DNA of 64,000 nucleotides, taken from positions 1-64,000 of the IMG/VR virus record IMGVR_UViG_3300022074_000015. One strand, written 5' to 3'. Shown here in pieces: positions 50,349 through 57,700 of this stretch; within the stretch, counting starts at the first letter, position 1; every line of letters begins with the position of its first letter. The notes under the pieces were generated by a model. That model worked only from the letters and a program-made list of their open reading frames with translations, was not told the DNA's origin and did no database searches. Made by a program: the position numbers and the translations under genes. Source of the stretch: a virus.

Positions 50349-52897
50349 TGGGCGTTCCATCTACTCGTACACCTGTAAGAATTGCTAGGGGTACATACGC
50401 AAACTTAAACACAGTTGATGCACTTGCTGCTCTGCAAGAAGGCGAGATATGCTTTGCAACTGACCAGGATCGACTTTATGTCAAAGAGGGATCTGGACTT
50501 ACTAGCATCTCTGCATCTTCTACAGCTTCACCAACACCTTCTAACATCACTGCATCCCCTGCTTTTGTTAGTGGTACTGGTACTCAAGCTGATCCATTTG
50601 TGGTTACTAGCACTGCTGTCCCTTTTAGTGGTGGTACTACTGAAAGTGCTCAAGAAATTACACTGACTGGCACTGCTGGTGACTTTGTTATCTTTACTGA
50701 CAACAGTGTTTCTGCATCTGGCAATCGTTTTTCTGGACAGGTTGTCGGTAACGTAGATAGCGGTGGTACTTTTAAGTTCAAACTTAAGTACGAAGATACA
50801 CCAGGCACTACTGTTAATAATACTACTTACAACGGGTTAGTACAAATTGGTACTGCTCACTTCTCATTTACTGTTGTTCAGTCAAATCTGACCGCACTAT
50901 CTCAATCATCTGCTTCTTCTATTGCTGGAACTGGTGGTGTTGGCAACGTTTTGACTTGCACTCCAGGCACTGCAACTGGTGGCACTGGTACAATTACTTA
51001 TGCTACTAGATGGCAAAGATCTTTTACTGGTATTGATGGATTCTTTGATATTAACGGTGCTACTGGTAACACATATACTCAAACAAACAGTGACGCAGGT
51101 TATTACGTCCGTGCTGTTACAACTGCAACAGATGCGTCGCCTTCTGGTCAAGGTGGTCCTTTGACTTTAGAGCTTCCTAGTGGTGTGTCTGCTCAGGTCC
51201 CTACTGGCGCTGCTCCTGTTATTAATAACCTTGTTCTCTCTGAAGATGATACAACTGGTGCCCGTTTTACCAGTAAAGTCTTTTCGGCTGACTTTACTAT
51301 GGGTAACGACGGCACACCTACAAGCCAAAAGTCTGTTAAAGGGACAGTTACTGCTAACTTTGAAAACTTCCCATCAACTGACTCCGTAAGTAGTACATCT
51401 AATAATATACAATATGACCTTTTAGCAAGTAGCAGACAGTACGGAGGTGCTCATACACTATCGTCAACATGGTATTCACCACTAGGTATTCTATTACAAG
51501 ACCTTGGCACATCCCTGAAGGTTGCTTTTTTCCATGCTACCGGTAGTGGTTCTAGTAATAATATTTTTGAAAAGGAGGTGAATCTTCTAAACGCTAATCT
51601 TACACAAGTTGACCAAGTTAATTGGTCTTATTCTGGTGAAGCACGATGGCCTGGAACTTTTACTGCAGGCGTAGACCCTGATGGCCGTCAATATATTAAT
51701 TGGCCTCATCATAACAACAACAATTACGGCACAACATTCTATTGGGGTGATTCAAATAACCCTAGATACAACCAAAGAGCCTTTGAGTTTACTACTTCAA
51801 ATGGCACCCATTTTTATATGCCTACAGGTGGTAATTCAAATCGTTTGTACCGTCGTAAGTCAAGCGAGTCTTCGTATTCTTACAAATATACGTTTACAAG
51901 TTCTGGTGACAAATATTACACCGTTGCCTGTGAGTTTAATGGAGATTTGTTCCTAATTTGGTATGATAGTAGTTACAACTACGTTCGTTGGGACACAATA
52001 TCTACAACCAGTTCAAGCTTTTCTGGGCAAATTAATGGGAGTAATTATTCGCCAGGTAGCCTCTTTTCAACGCCACAGCACGTATTTGTACATAAAAACA
52101 CCCTTTTTATAGCAGCGGATAGTCAGCTCTTTAAACTCAACAACAATACATGGACTCAACTTACAAGCTCTAACTTCTCTGGAAACAGTGTTTATGGTAC
52201 ATTTAGCGATGATACTTATATTTACGCCCAATCTAAATCTGGTAATTCTACACAATGGTGGAGAAGTAACAATTTAGGAGTTACTTGGGTAGCAGATTTT
52301 TCCGGTAATTATTACGGTCCTAGTGCGTACTCTAAACAGGGCGGCCAGGAAGGATTAGGTGGTGTTCGTCTAAGAGCTTTTGGATGGGATTTTTACCAGA
52401 GTCACTATAATTCTAATTGGGGTTATGCGTTCCATTATAGACAATTTAACCAAGTTGTTGTCACATTTGCCAGCAATAGCCAGTTATCGAGTATAAATAT
52501 TGGTGACTTCATGCGTGTAAGTGGTGAAACTGATCGTAGAGAATACGCTTATGTTGCTGGTGTGAATGCTTCTTCTAACCAGCTAACTTTAAATATGAAC
52601 ACGAATCCAACAGCTGGGCAGACAATGGAAACCCTTGCTTCGACTGGATCTTCTAGTGCTACTAAGTATTTGGTTATCAACTCTACAGGAAATGTCACAG
52701 GATATCAAGGTTCTGATCCAGGTTTTGTTGAAATCAGCCCCGGCACAGCAATTGACCTTACTTTCCCAGCTACATTCCCATCAGGAAATGCTCCTGACGA
52801 CGAATTTGCTGCAGGCACTGTAATGCAAGTAACGGGTAAGGCTACTAATGCTTCTGCGTCAGATACCTTCAATAGCAACCAAGTAACACCTTCCTAA
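50348..52897 (+). CDS. Tail fibre / receptor-binding protein (849 aa)
   Basis: VRIARGT...LQEGEICFATD N-terminus, Ig-like domains, aromatic-rich central domain; followed by a fibre chaperone. Confidence 0.7.
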   Translation: MGVPSTRTPVRIARGTYANLNTVDALAALQEGEICFATDQDRLYVKEGSGLTSISASSTASPTPSNITASPAFVSGTGTQADPFVVTSTAVPFSGGTTESAQEITLTGTAGDFVIFTDNSVSASGNRFSGQVVGNVDSGGTFKFKLKYEDTPGTTVNNTTYNGLVQIGTAHFSFTVVQSNLTALSQSSASSIAGTGGVGNVLTCTPGTATGGTGTITYATRWQRSFTGIDGFFDINGATGNTYTQTNSDAGYYVRAVTTATDASPSGQGGPLTLELPSGVSAQVPTGAAPVINNLVLSEDDTTGARFTSKVFSADFTMGNDGTPTSQKSVKGTVTANFENFPSTDSVSSTSNNIQYDLLASSRQYGGAHTLSSTWYSPLGILLQDLGTSLKVAFFHATGSGSSNNIFEKEVNLLNANLTQVDQVNWSYSGEARWPGTFTAGVDPDGRQYINWPHHNNNNYGTTFYWGDSNNPRYNQRAFEFTTSNGTHFYMPTGGNSNRLYRRKSSESSYSYKYTFTSSGDKYYTVACEFNGDLFLIWYDSSYNYVRWDTISTTSSSFSGQINGSNYSPGSLFSTPQHVFVHKNTLFIAADSQLFKLNNNTWTQLTSSNFSGNSVYGTFSDDTYIYAQSKSGNSTQWWRSNNLGVTWVADFSGNYYGPSAYSKQGGQEGLGGVRLRAFGWDFYQSHYNSNWGYAFHYRQFNQVVVTFASNSQLSSINIGDFMRVSGETDRREYAYVAGVNASSNQLTLNMNTNPTAGQTMETLASTGSSSATKYLVINSTGNVTGYQGSDPGFVEISPGTAIDLTFPATFPSGNAPDDEFAAGTVMQVTGKATNASASDTFNSNQVTPS

Positions 52898-52898
52898 T

Positions 52899-53198
52899 AT
52901 GGCATTTACTAACTACGAAGATTTTCTTGCTGCCAAGAAAAAAATGGATACTTACGAGATCCGTGTTGCTGATAATAGCTTGACAGTTGATCAGGCTTAT
53001 GACAAACTTATAGCAATAGATGTTCGTAAAGAGAGAGACGCAAAACTTGCCGCATCTGATTGGACACAAATGGCAGATAGTCCTTTAGCAGCAGACAAAA
53101 AAACTGAATGGGCGGCGTACAGAACAAGTCTTCGAGATCTTCCCTCTGCTACTGGATTCCCGCACACACATTCCTGGCCTACAGAACCAAGCACTTAA
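52899..53198 (+). CDS. Phage tail assembly chaperone
   Basis: VRKERDAKLAASDWTQ..D.P...WAAYR..LRDLP...FP....WP. Confidence 0.85.
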   Translation: MAFTNYEDFLAAKKKMDTYEIRVADNSLTVDQAYDKLIAIDVRKERDAKLAASDWTQMADSPLAADKKTEWAAYRTSLRDLPSATGFPHTHSWPTEPST

Positions 53199-53239
53199 TA
53201 GATATCTGTGCTATAATATCTGAGTGCGACTAATTCAAT

Positions 53240-53476
53240 ATGAAATTTTTAGTATATTCAAAAGATGGTTGTCCATATTGCTATAAGGTGACCCAGGTGT
53301 TACAATTAACCGGTGAAAAGTATGTCGAGTATAAACTTGGCAGAGATTTTGCTAAGGAAGAATTTTATGAACTGTTTGGAGAAGGTTCAACATTTCCACA
53401 GATTCTTTGTGATGATAAAAAATTAGGAGGATGCGTTGACACCATTCAGTTTCTCAGAGAAAAAAAAGTTATCTGA
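53240..53476 (+). CDS. grx: Glutaredoxin
   Basis: CPYC active site, TFPQI, LGG; -10 box TATAAT upstream (TGTGCTATAAT). Confidence 0.92.
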   Translation: MKFLVYSKDGCPYCYKVTQVLQLTGEKYVEYKLGRDFAKEEFYELFGEGSTFPQILCDDKKLGGCVDTIQFLREKKVI

Positions 53477-53657
53477 TCGGGGCATAAATAAAATCAGTAA
53501 CCGTGAAGTAAATCGCGGAGTTGATCTTATACTTAATGGAGGAAAGAAGAAGCAATCTAAACCATTCCACATAATCTTTGAAAAGATGGTTTGCTTCTTT
53601 AAAAGGGAAGTAACTATCTACTTTGAGTTTTCCTTAGAGACTAGGAAAAAAAGTTAG
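53436..53657 (+). CDS. Small hypothetical protein (start uncertain)
   Basis: Fills the gap between grx and the next gene in the sense direction. Confidence 0.4.
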   Translation: MTPFSFSEKKKLSDRGINKISNREVNRGVDLILNGGKKKQSKPFHIIFEKMVCFFKREVTIYFEFSLETRKKS

Positions 53658-53675
53658 TTCCCAGAGGTAAGAACA

Positions 53676-53906
53676 ATGTTAGCAGTAAGTTTAGTCTTCG
53701 GTTCATTTTTGACGATTCTGTTTCTTGTAGTGGGATTGATAGGAGGTTGGACTGCTAGAGAGTATATGATGAACTATCGGGAAGTACCCAGACCTCACCC
53801 CGAGATGTTTGATAATCAGGGTAACCTGATTCCTGATGAGGTTATTGCATTTAATTTTGAAAACTATTATGACGACAGCGAAGAAAGCGACGACAACGAG
53901 AGCTAA
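53676..53906 (+). CDS. Small membrane protein (DUF2973-like)
   Basis: N-terminal TM helix, HPEMFDNQGNL motif, GAGGT RBS. Confidence 0.7.
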   Translation: MLAVSLVFGSFLTILFLVVGLIGGWTAREYMMNYREVPRPHPEMFDNQGNLIPDEVIAFNFENYYDDSEESDDNES

Positions 53907-54483
53907 AAAACCTACCACTACCCGTAAGAAAGCAGTACCTGCTTCACCTATTCCAGATCTACCCAGAAATCCATTTATTTACGAGGTTCTGGATGTAATT
54001 TCAAAGCAACGTAGTAAGGTGAAAAAGATTGAGGCACTCAAAAAGTATGAAGCACCAGTTCTGAAAGCACTATTCATCTGGAATTTTGATGAAAGTATAA
54101 TTTCGGCACTTCCTGAGGGTGATGTTCCATATGCGGCACTTGATAAAGAAAGTGGATTTGGTGGAACTCTATCAGAAAAGATCGCTGATGCAGTCAATAA
54201 AATGGAAGAATTAGATACTCGATCTCTTGGTGCTAATGATCAGGGGAAGACCACCATTCGTGCTGAGTATAAGAAATTTTATAACTTTATCAAAGGTGGT
54301 AATGATTCTCTAAGCATGTTGCGTAGAGAGACCATGTTTATTAATGTTCTTTCTGGACTTCATCCTCTTGAAGCAGAAATTCTTTGCCTCTGTAAGGATA
54401 AGAAGTTAGATACAAAATACAGTCTCACAAAAGAGATTGTTGCTGAAGCATACACTGACATCAACTGGGGAGGACGTTCCTAA
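53869..54483 (+). CDS. Conserved T4-like hypothetical protein
   Basis: LPEGDVPY...RRETMFI..LHPLEAE motifs. Confidence 0.8.
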   Translation: MTTAKKATTTRAKKPTTTRKKAVPASPIPDLPRNPFIYEVLDVISKQRSKVKKIEALKKYEAPVLKALFIWNFDESIISALPEGDVPYAALDKESGFGGTLSEKIADAVNKMEELDTRSLGANDQGKTTIRAEYKKFYNFIKGGNDSLSMLRRETMFINVLSGLHPLEAEILCLCKDKKLDTKYSLTKEIVAEAYTDINWGGRS

Positions 54484-54487
54484 GATT

Positions 54488-54742
54488 ATGAAAATTATCC
54501 ATGAAAATTGTGATCAAGAATTGGCAAACGATAAGACACTGCCAAACAATGCATTTATAATTGAATATAAAGTTGATGACGTATCCTACTATGACATTGT
54601 TGTAGCAGCAAAGCAGTCAGAAATATTCGACCACTATTATGATAAGTATAAGAGTGGTTTCATTACCATGAAGCAAGCAGAAGGTAGAATTAGTCCTAAA
54701 CTTTGGGGCAACGAGCCTCCAAAAAGCAAAAAGAAAAAATGA
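54488..54742 (+). CDS. Cyanophage hypothetical protein
   Basis: 84 aa ORF starting MKIIHENCD. Confidence 0.7.
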   Translation: MKIIHENCDQELANDKTLPNNAFIIEYKVDDVSYYDIVVAAKQSEIFDHYYDKYKSGFITMKQAEGRISPKLWGNEPPKSKKKK

Positions 54743-55278
54743 TTGATGTAATATCCATCAAAGATTTCTACCATCCTGATAAAGACCAGAAAGAATCAGT
54801 AATTAGTGTCTTAGAACAGAATCGTAAATATGCTAATTATGATTTAGGATTTAATTTTCCTATTATAGATACCAAAGATTTATTTTTTGCCAACTTATAT
54901 GATCAATTTTTTCTAAAATGTCAGTCTATTTTTGGTAATTTTAAATTATCACTTAGAAATAGTAGAACATGTTATTGTTACCTTGATCGAAAAAAGTATT
55001 ATTTACCATCAGTATACCATAATCATATTTCAACCTCTACGATTAACGGAGTTTACTACTTAGATGTAGGTGAGGGTGATGGTATTTCTTTCATAGATGA
55101 TGAATATGATAAAGAAGAAGTTTATAATGTATCCACAGGTGAATTATTAATCTTTGCGAATCATTTGGTTCATAAACCAAATAGACCAACTCACGACGGA
55201 ATTAGATACTCATTGAACATGGAAATAAAGACTGATGAGTCTGCGGAAGAAATTTTTAGTAGGGATAGGTCTATATAA
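54739..55278 (+). CDS. 2OG-Fe(II) oxygenase-like protein
   Basis: YHNH...NGVYY...IF..LVHKP...RYSLN. Confidence 0.7.
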   Translation: MIDVISIKDFYHPDKDQKESVISVLEQNRKYANYDLGFNFPIIDTKDLFFANLYDQFFLKCQSIFGNFKLSLRNSRTCYCYLDRKKYYLPSVYHNHISTSTINGVYYLDVGEGDGISFIDDEYDKEEVYNVSTGELLIFANHLVHKPNRPTHDGIRYSLNMEIKTDESAEEIFSRDRSI

Positions 55279-55366
55279 CCATCTCAAATCAAAATTGAGA
55301 AGTAATTTCCAAAATCGGCGGAAAAAAAATCGCCAAAATTTTTTGATTTCTAAGATTTTATAAAAT

Positions 55367-55382
55367 TGTAACACAAGTTACA
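55367..55382 (+). promoter_or_regulatory. NtcA-binding site
   Basis: TGTAAC-ACAA-GTTACA, a perfect GTA-N8-TAC palindrome ending 7 nt upstream of the -35 box. Confidence 0.8.
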
Positions 55383-55389
55383 TAACTAC

Positions 55390-55418
55390 TTGACTACATA
55401 GAGTATAGGAGTTATACT
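55390..55418 (+). promoter_or_regulatory. Sigma70-type promoter
   Basis: TTGACT-N17-TATACT; predicted start ~55424-55426, just before the riboswitch. Confidence 0.8.
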
Positions 55419-55437
55419 ACTCTAGTACGTTCATCCC

Positions 55438-55638
55438 ATGCTCAGCATACTGCTGGCATTAACCCTTGCCCATCATAATGATGCGTCACCTTACGGGTGG
55501 CACATAAGTTGTGAAAGGTTTCTACAGAGAAGAATTGAAATCCTTATGGATGACAATTTTGATCGAAGAACTAAGTATAACTTAATAAGTTATCTTAGAT
55601 CGAAGTTAGAAGGTCAATGCAATCAGACGCTGACATAG
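55438..55638 (+). CDS. 66-aa protein nested in aptamer 1 P2
   Basis: ATG directly after CGTTCATCCC; TAG within the 3' strand of P2; hydrophobic N-terminus, two Cys. Confidence 0.65.
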   Translation: MLSILLALTLAHHNDASPYGWHISCERFLQRRIEILMDDNFDRRTKYNLISYLRSKLEGQCNQTLT

Positions 55639-55673
55639 GACGCAAGTAAGTCGCGGAACGGAGCGTTCATCCC

Positions 55674-55835
55674 ATGTTTGAATTTTTACTTTACTCTGGT
55701 ATTCACTGCACCGATGCTAAGGATATGATCCGACGTATTAATGCGAATAAAAGTGTAGATGTTATTATCAGAACTGAGGTGATTGAGACCATAAAGGGAT
55801 CAACACCTGAGTGTAAATGGGACGCAAACGACTGA
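55674..55835 (+). CDS. 53-aa protein nested in aptamer 2 (MFEFLLYSGIHC...PECKWDAND)
   Basis: Manual translation (not in the ORF track); GGAG 10 nt upstream; ATG directly after the second CGTTCATCCC. Confidence 0.65.
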   Translation: MFEFLLYSGIHCTDAKDMIRRINANKSVDVIIRTEVIETIKGSTPECKWDAND

Positions 55836-55904
55836 AGGAACGGGAAACTCGGATCACCCGAAAGGGTTAAAGGAGAAAAATCACCCAACTTCAGGAGTAA
55901 ACAA

Positions 55905-56072
55905 ATGAACACACTCACTCTCATCAAAAAGCAAATCGATAAGCAGTCTGCCCTGCGCGATGCACAACTTACTCACACTGCATATCGTGGTGTTAAGTAT
56001 AATGCTAATCGTGTAGAGTCCAAAGAGACTCACGGCACCTTCTGCTATCGTGGTCGTACTTACACCAAATGA
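55905..56072 (+). CDS. DUF4278-like YRG peptide (55 aa)
   Basis: MNTLTLIKKQ...TAYRGVKY...FCYRGRTY; AGGAG RBS; immediately downstream of the riboswitch. Confidence 0.8.
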   Translation: MNTLTLIKKQIDKQSALRDAQLTHTAYRGVKYNANRVESKETHGTFCYRGRTYTK

Positions 56073-56079
56073 GGCAATC

Positions 56080-56175
56080 ATGGAAGCACTACAAATCACA
56101 AGTGTAATCACATTGGCATGTATTGCTGGAATGTCTTTAATCTATGGTGAAATCCTTCTACTACAAAAAGGTTGA
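56080..56175 (+). CDS. 31-aa single-helix membrane peptide
   Basis: MEALQITSVITLACIAGMSLIYGEILLLQKG; GAGG RBS. Confidence 0.55.
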   Translation: MEALQITSVITLACIAGMSLIYGEILLLQKG

Positions 56176-56185
56176 GGGATATTAA

Positions 56186-56350
56186 ATGCTGAAGATCAAA
56201 CTTTATTATGATCTTCCAGAATACGATCCAGAGATTCACGAGCCTGATAGGGTCTTTAGACTACTAACATATCGTGGAGTGACATATGCTAAATGGGTTT
56301 TTCTTAAATCCAGAGGCATTCAAAATTGGAAAGTTTTCAAGAGAGGTTAA
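56186..56350 (+). CDS. Second YRG-motif peptide (54 aa)
   Basis: ...LLTYRGVTYAKW...; GAGG RBS; stop lies in the terminator. Confidence 0.65.
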   Translation: MLKIKLYYDLPEYDPEIHEPDRVFRLLTYRGVTYAKWVFLKSRGIQNWKVFKRG

Positions 56351-56368
56351 GAAACCTCTCTTTTTTTT
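56341..56368 (+). terminator. Rho-independent terminator
   Basis: GAGAGGTT-AAGA-AACCTCTC-T8. Confidence 0.88.
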
Positions 56369-56506
56369 GTCTTTATGTAACAACTATACAAATGTTAGTG
56401 AATTAACACAAACAGTGTTAAATATTACAGAATTAAGGAATTCGCTTATGTTTTGAAATTTCTGCCATATTATATTTACATTATTTCAAAAATGCGTGGA
56501 GGTTTG

Positions 56507-56683
56507 ATGCACAATCTTATTTCTCGCAATCAATTAGCAGAATGGATTCATTTTGAGAACACGATAGACCGATGTAATGACGAATTAGATCTGGTAAACG
56601 ACTATTTTGACTGCTTAATTGAATGCGATGAAGACCAGTCTACATGTAAGCGAATCTGCAGAATTCTTTTAGATGAGGGTTGA
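56507..56683 (+). CDS. Cys-rich 58-aa protein
   Basis: GGAGG RBS; MHNLISRNQLAEW...YFDCLIECDEDQSTCKRIC. Confidence 0.75.
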   Translation: MHNLISRNQLAEWIHFENTIDRCNDELDLVNDYFDCLIECDEDQSTCKRICRILLDEG

Positions 56684-56698
56684 TCACCCTCTTTTTTT
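56675..56698 (+). terminator. Rho-independent terminator
   Basis: GAGGGT-TGATC-ACCCTC-T7. Confidence 0.8.
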
Positions 56699-56731
56699 AT
56701 GTGCTATAATATCTTCAGTGTATACACTATT

Positions 56732-56914
56732 ATGGACAAAGAACGATTAAAACTCATCGTCCGTAACTTAGAACTTTTGGTTGATGGGTTGAAAGCAGAG
56801 GTGTATTCGGATCCAAGTGCTTATATAGATAAGCGCGATAATTTCGACGATCCTCCACATCATTACAGCGATTACGACGAGGTGTTTAACGATGACGATG
56901 GGTATCCCGACTGA
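56732..56914 (+). CDS. Cyanophage hypothetical protein
   Basis: MDKERLKLIVRNLELL...acidic tail; -10 box TATAAT upstream (TGTGCTATAAT). Confidence 0.7.
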   Translation: MDKERLKLIVRNLELLVDGLKAEVYSDPSAYIDKRDNFDDPPHHYSDYDEVFNDDDGYPD

Positions 56915-57068
56915 CAGGGCTAGAAAATATATGAAATTGCTTCGCAGATTAGTGAAGCAAGAACATCTCTACACAGAAGAAAAACTTATAGAGATGAAGA
57001 AACAATTGCGAGTTCTAGAAAAAGAACTTGCTATACTGGAGAAAAAAGTATCTAAGGGATTTAAATGA
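56892..57068 (+). CDS. Small basic coiled-coil hypothetical protein (58 aa)
   Basis: Manual translation ...RARKYMKLLRRLVKQEHLY...SKGFK; ATGA overlap with thyX. Confidence 0.65.
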   Translation: MTMGIPTDRARKYMKLLRRLVKQEHLYTEEKLIEMKKQLRVLEKELAILEKKVSKGFK

Positions 57069-57700
57069 GCGTAAAATTTATCAGTGTGACTCCTGATGCG
57101 GAGAAGATGATGGCATATGTTGCCCGCGTCTCAAACCCCAATAATCAAGAAAATCCTAACTACGCCAAATTGTTGGGTTACTGTATTAAGCACAACCACT
57201 GGTCTGTGTTTGAACAGGCATTTATGACTCTGGAACTTGAAACTACCAGAGGATTAGCGGCTCAAGTGCTTCGTCACCGTAGTTTCACATATCAAGAATT
57301 TTCGCAACGCTACGCTGATAGTTCAATGCTTGCGGACACTATTCCTATTCCTGAACTTCGTCGTCAGGATACCAAGAATCGTCAGAATTCTATTGATGAT
57401 ATTGATCCTTTTGTCAAGCAAGAGTTTGAAATCAAAATTCGTCGTCACTTTGATGAAGCAATGACACTGTATCAATCTATGCTTGATATGGGGATCGCAA
57501 AGGAATGTTCACGTTTTGTGCTTCCCCTTGCCACGCCTACTAGAATCTACATGTCCGGTTCATGCCGTTCATGGATTCATTATATCAATCTGCGTACCGC
57601 TAACGGTACTCAGAAAGAGCATATGGATCTCGCAGAAGGTTGTAAGAAAGTCTTTATTGAGCAATTTCCAACCTGTGCTGAGGCACTAGAATGGAAGTAA
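57065..57700 (+). CDS. thyX: Flavin-dependent thymidylate synthase
   Basis: HWSVFE and RHRSFTYQEFSQRY ThyX motif. Confidence 0.97.
   Translation: MSVKFISVTPDAEKMMAYVARVSNPNNQENPNYAKLLGYCIKHNHWSVFEQAFMTLELETTRGLAAQVLRHRSFTYQEFSQRYADSSMLADTIPIPELRRQDTKNRQNSIDDIDPFVKQEFEIKIRRHFDEAMTLYQSMLDMGIAKECSRFVLPLATPTRIYMSGSCRSWIHYINLRTANGTQKEHMDLAEGCKKVFIEQFPTCAEALEWK

Larger units (their letters stand above)
55428..55842 (+). ncRNA. Tandem glutamine riboswitch (glnA / Downstream-peptide family) with ORF-sized P2 loops
   Basis: Two CGTTCA-TCCC...GGA-CGCA...GGAACG units (55428-55660 and 55664-55842), E-loop AGTA/GAA, upstream of YRG/DUF4278-like genes. Confidence 0.8.

Noticed and set aside
55310-55345. 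GGCG-GAAAAAAAAT-CGCC...TTTTTT element upstream of the NtcA box
   Set aside because: Weak stem; could be a poor terminator or an A-tract bend, but not supportable.
55428-55683. CGTTCATCCCATG direct repeat as a mini-CRISPR or attachment site
   Set aside because: Only two copies, both explained as the 5' strands of Gln aptamers with matching 3' elements.
55703-56111. Minus-strand ORFs 55703..55927 and 55881..56111 from the ORF track
   Set aside because: They overlap better-supported plus-strand small genes with RBS, promoter and terminator.
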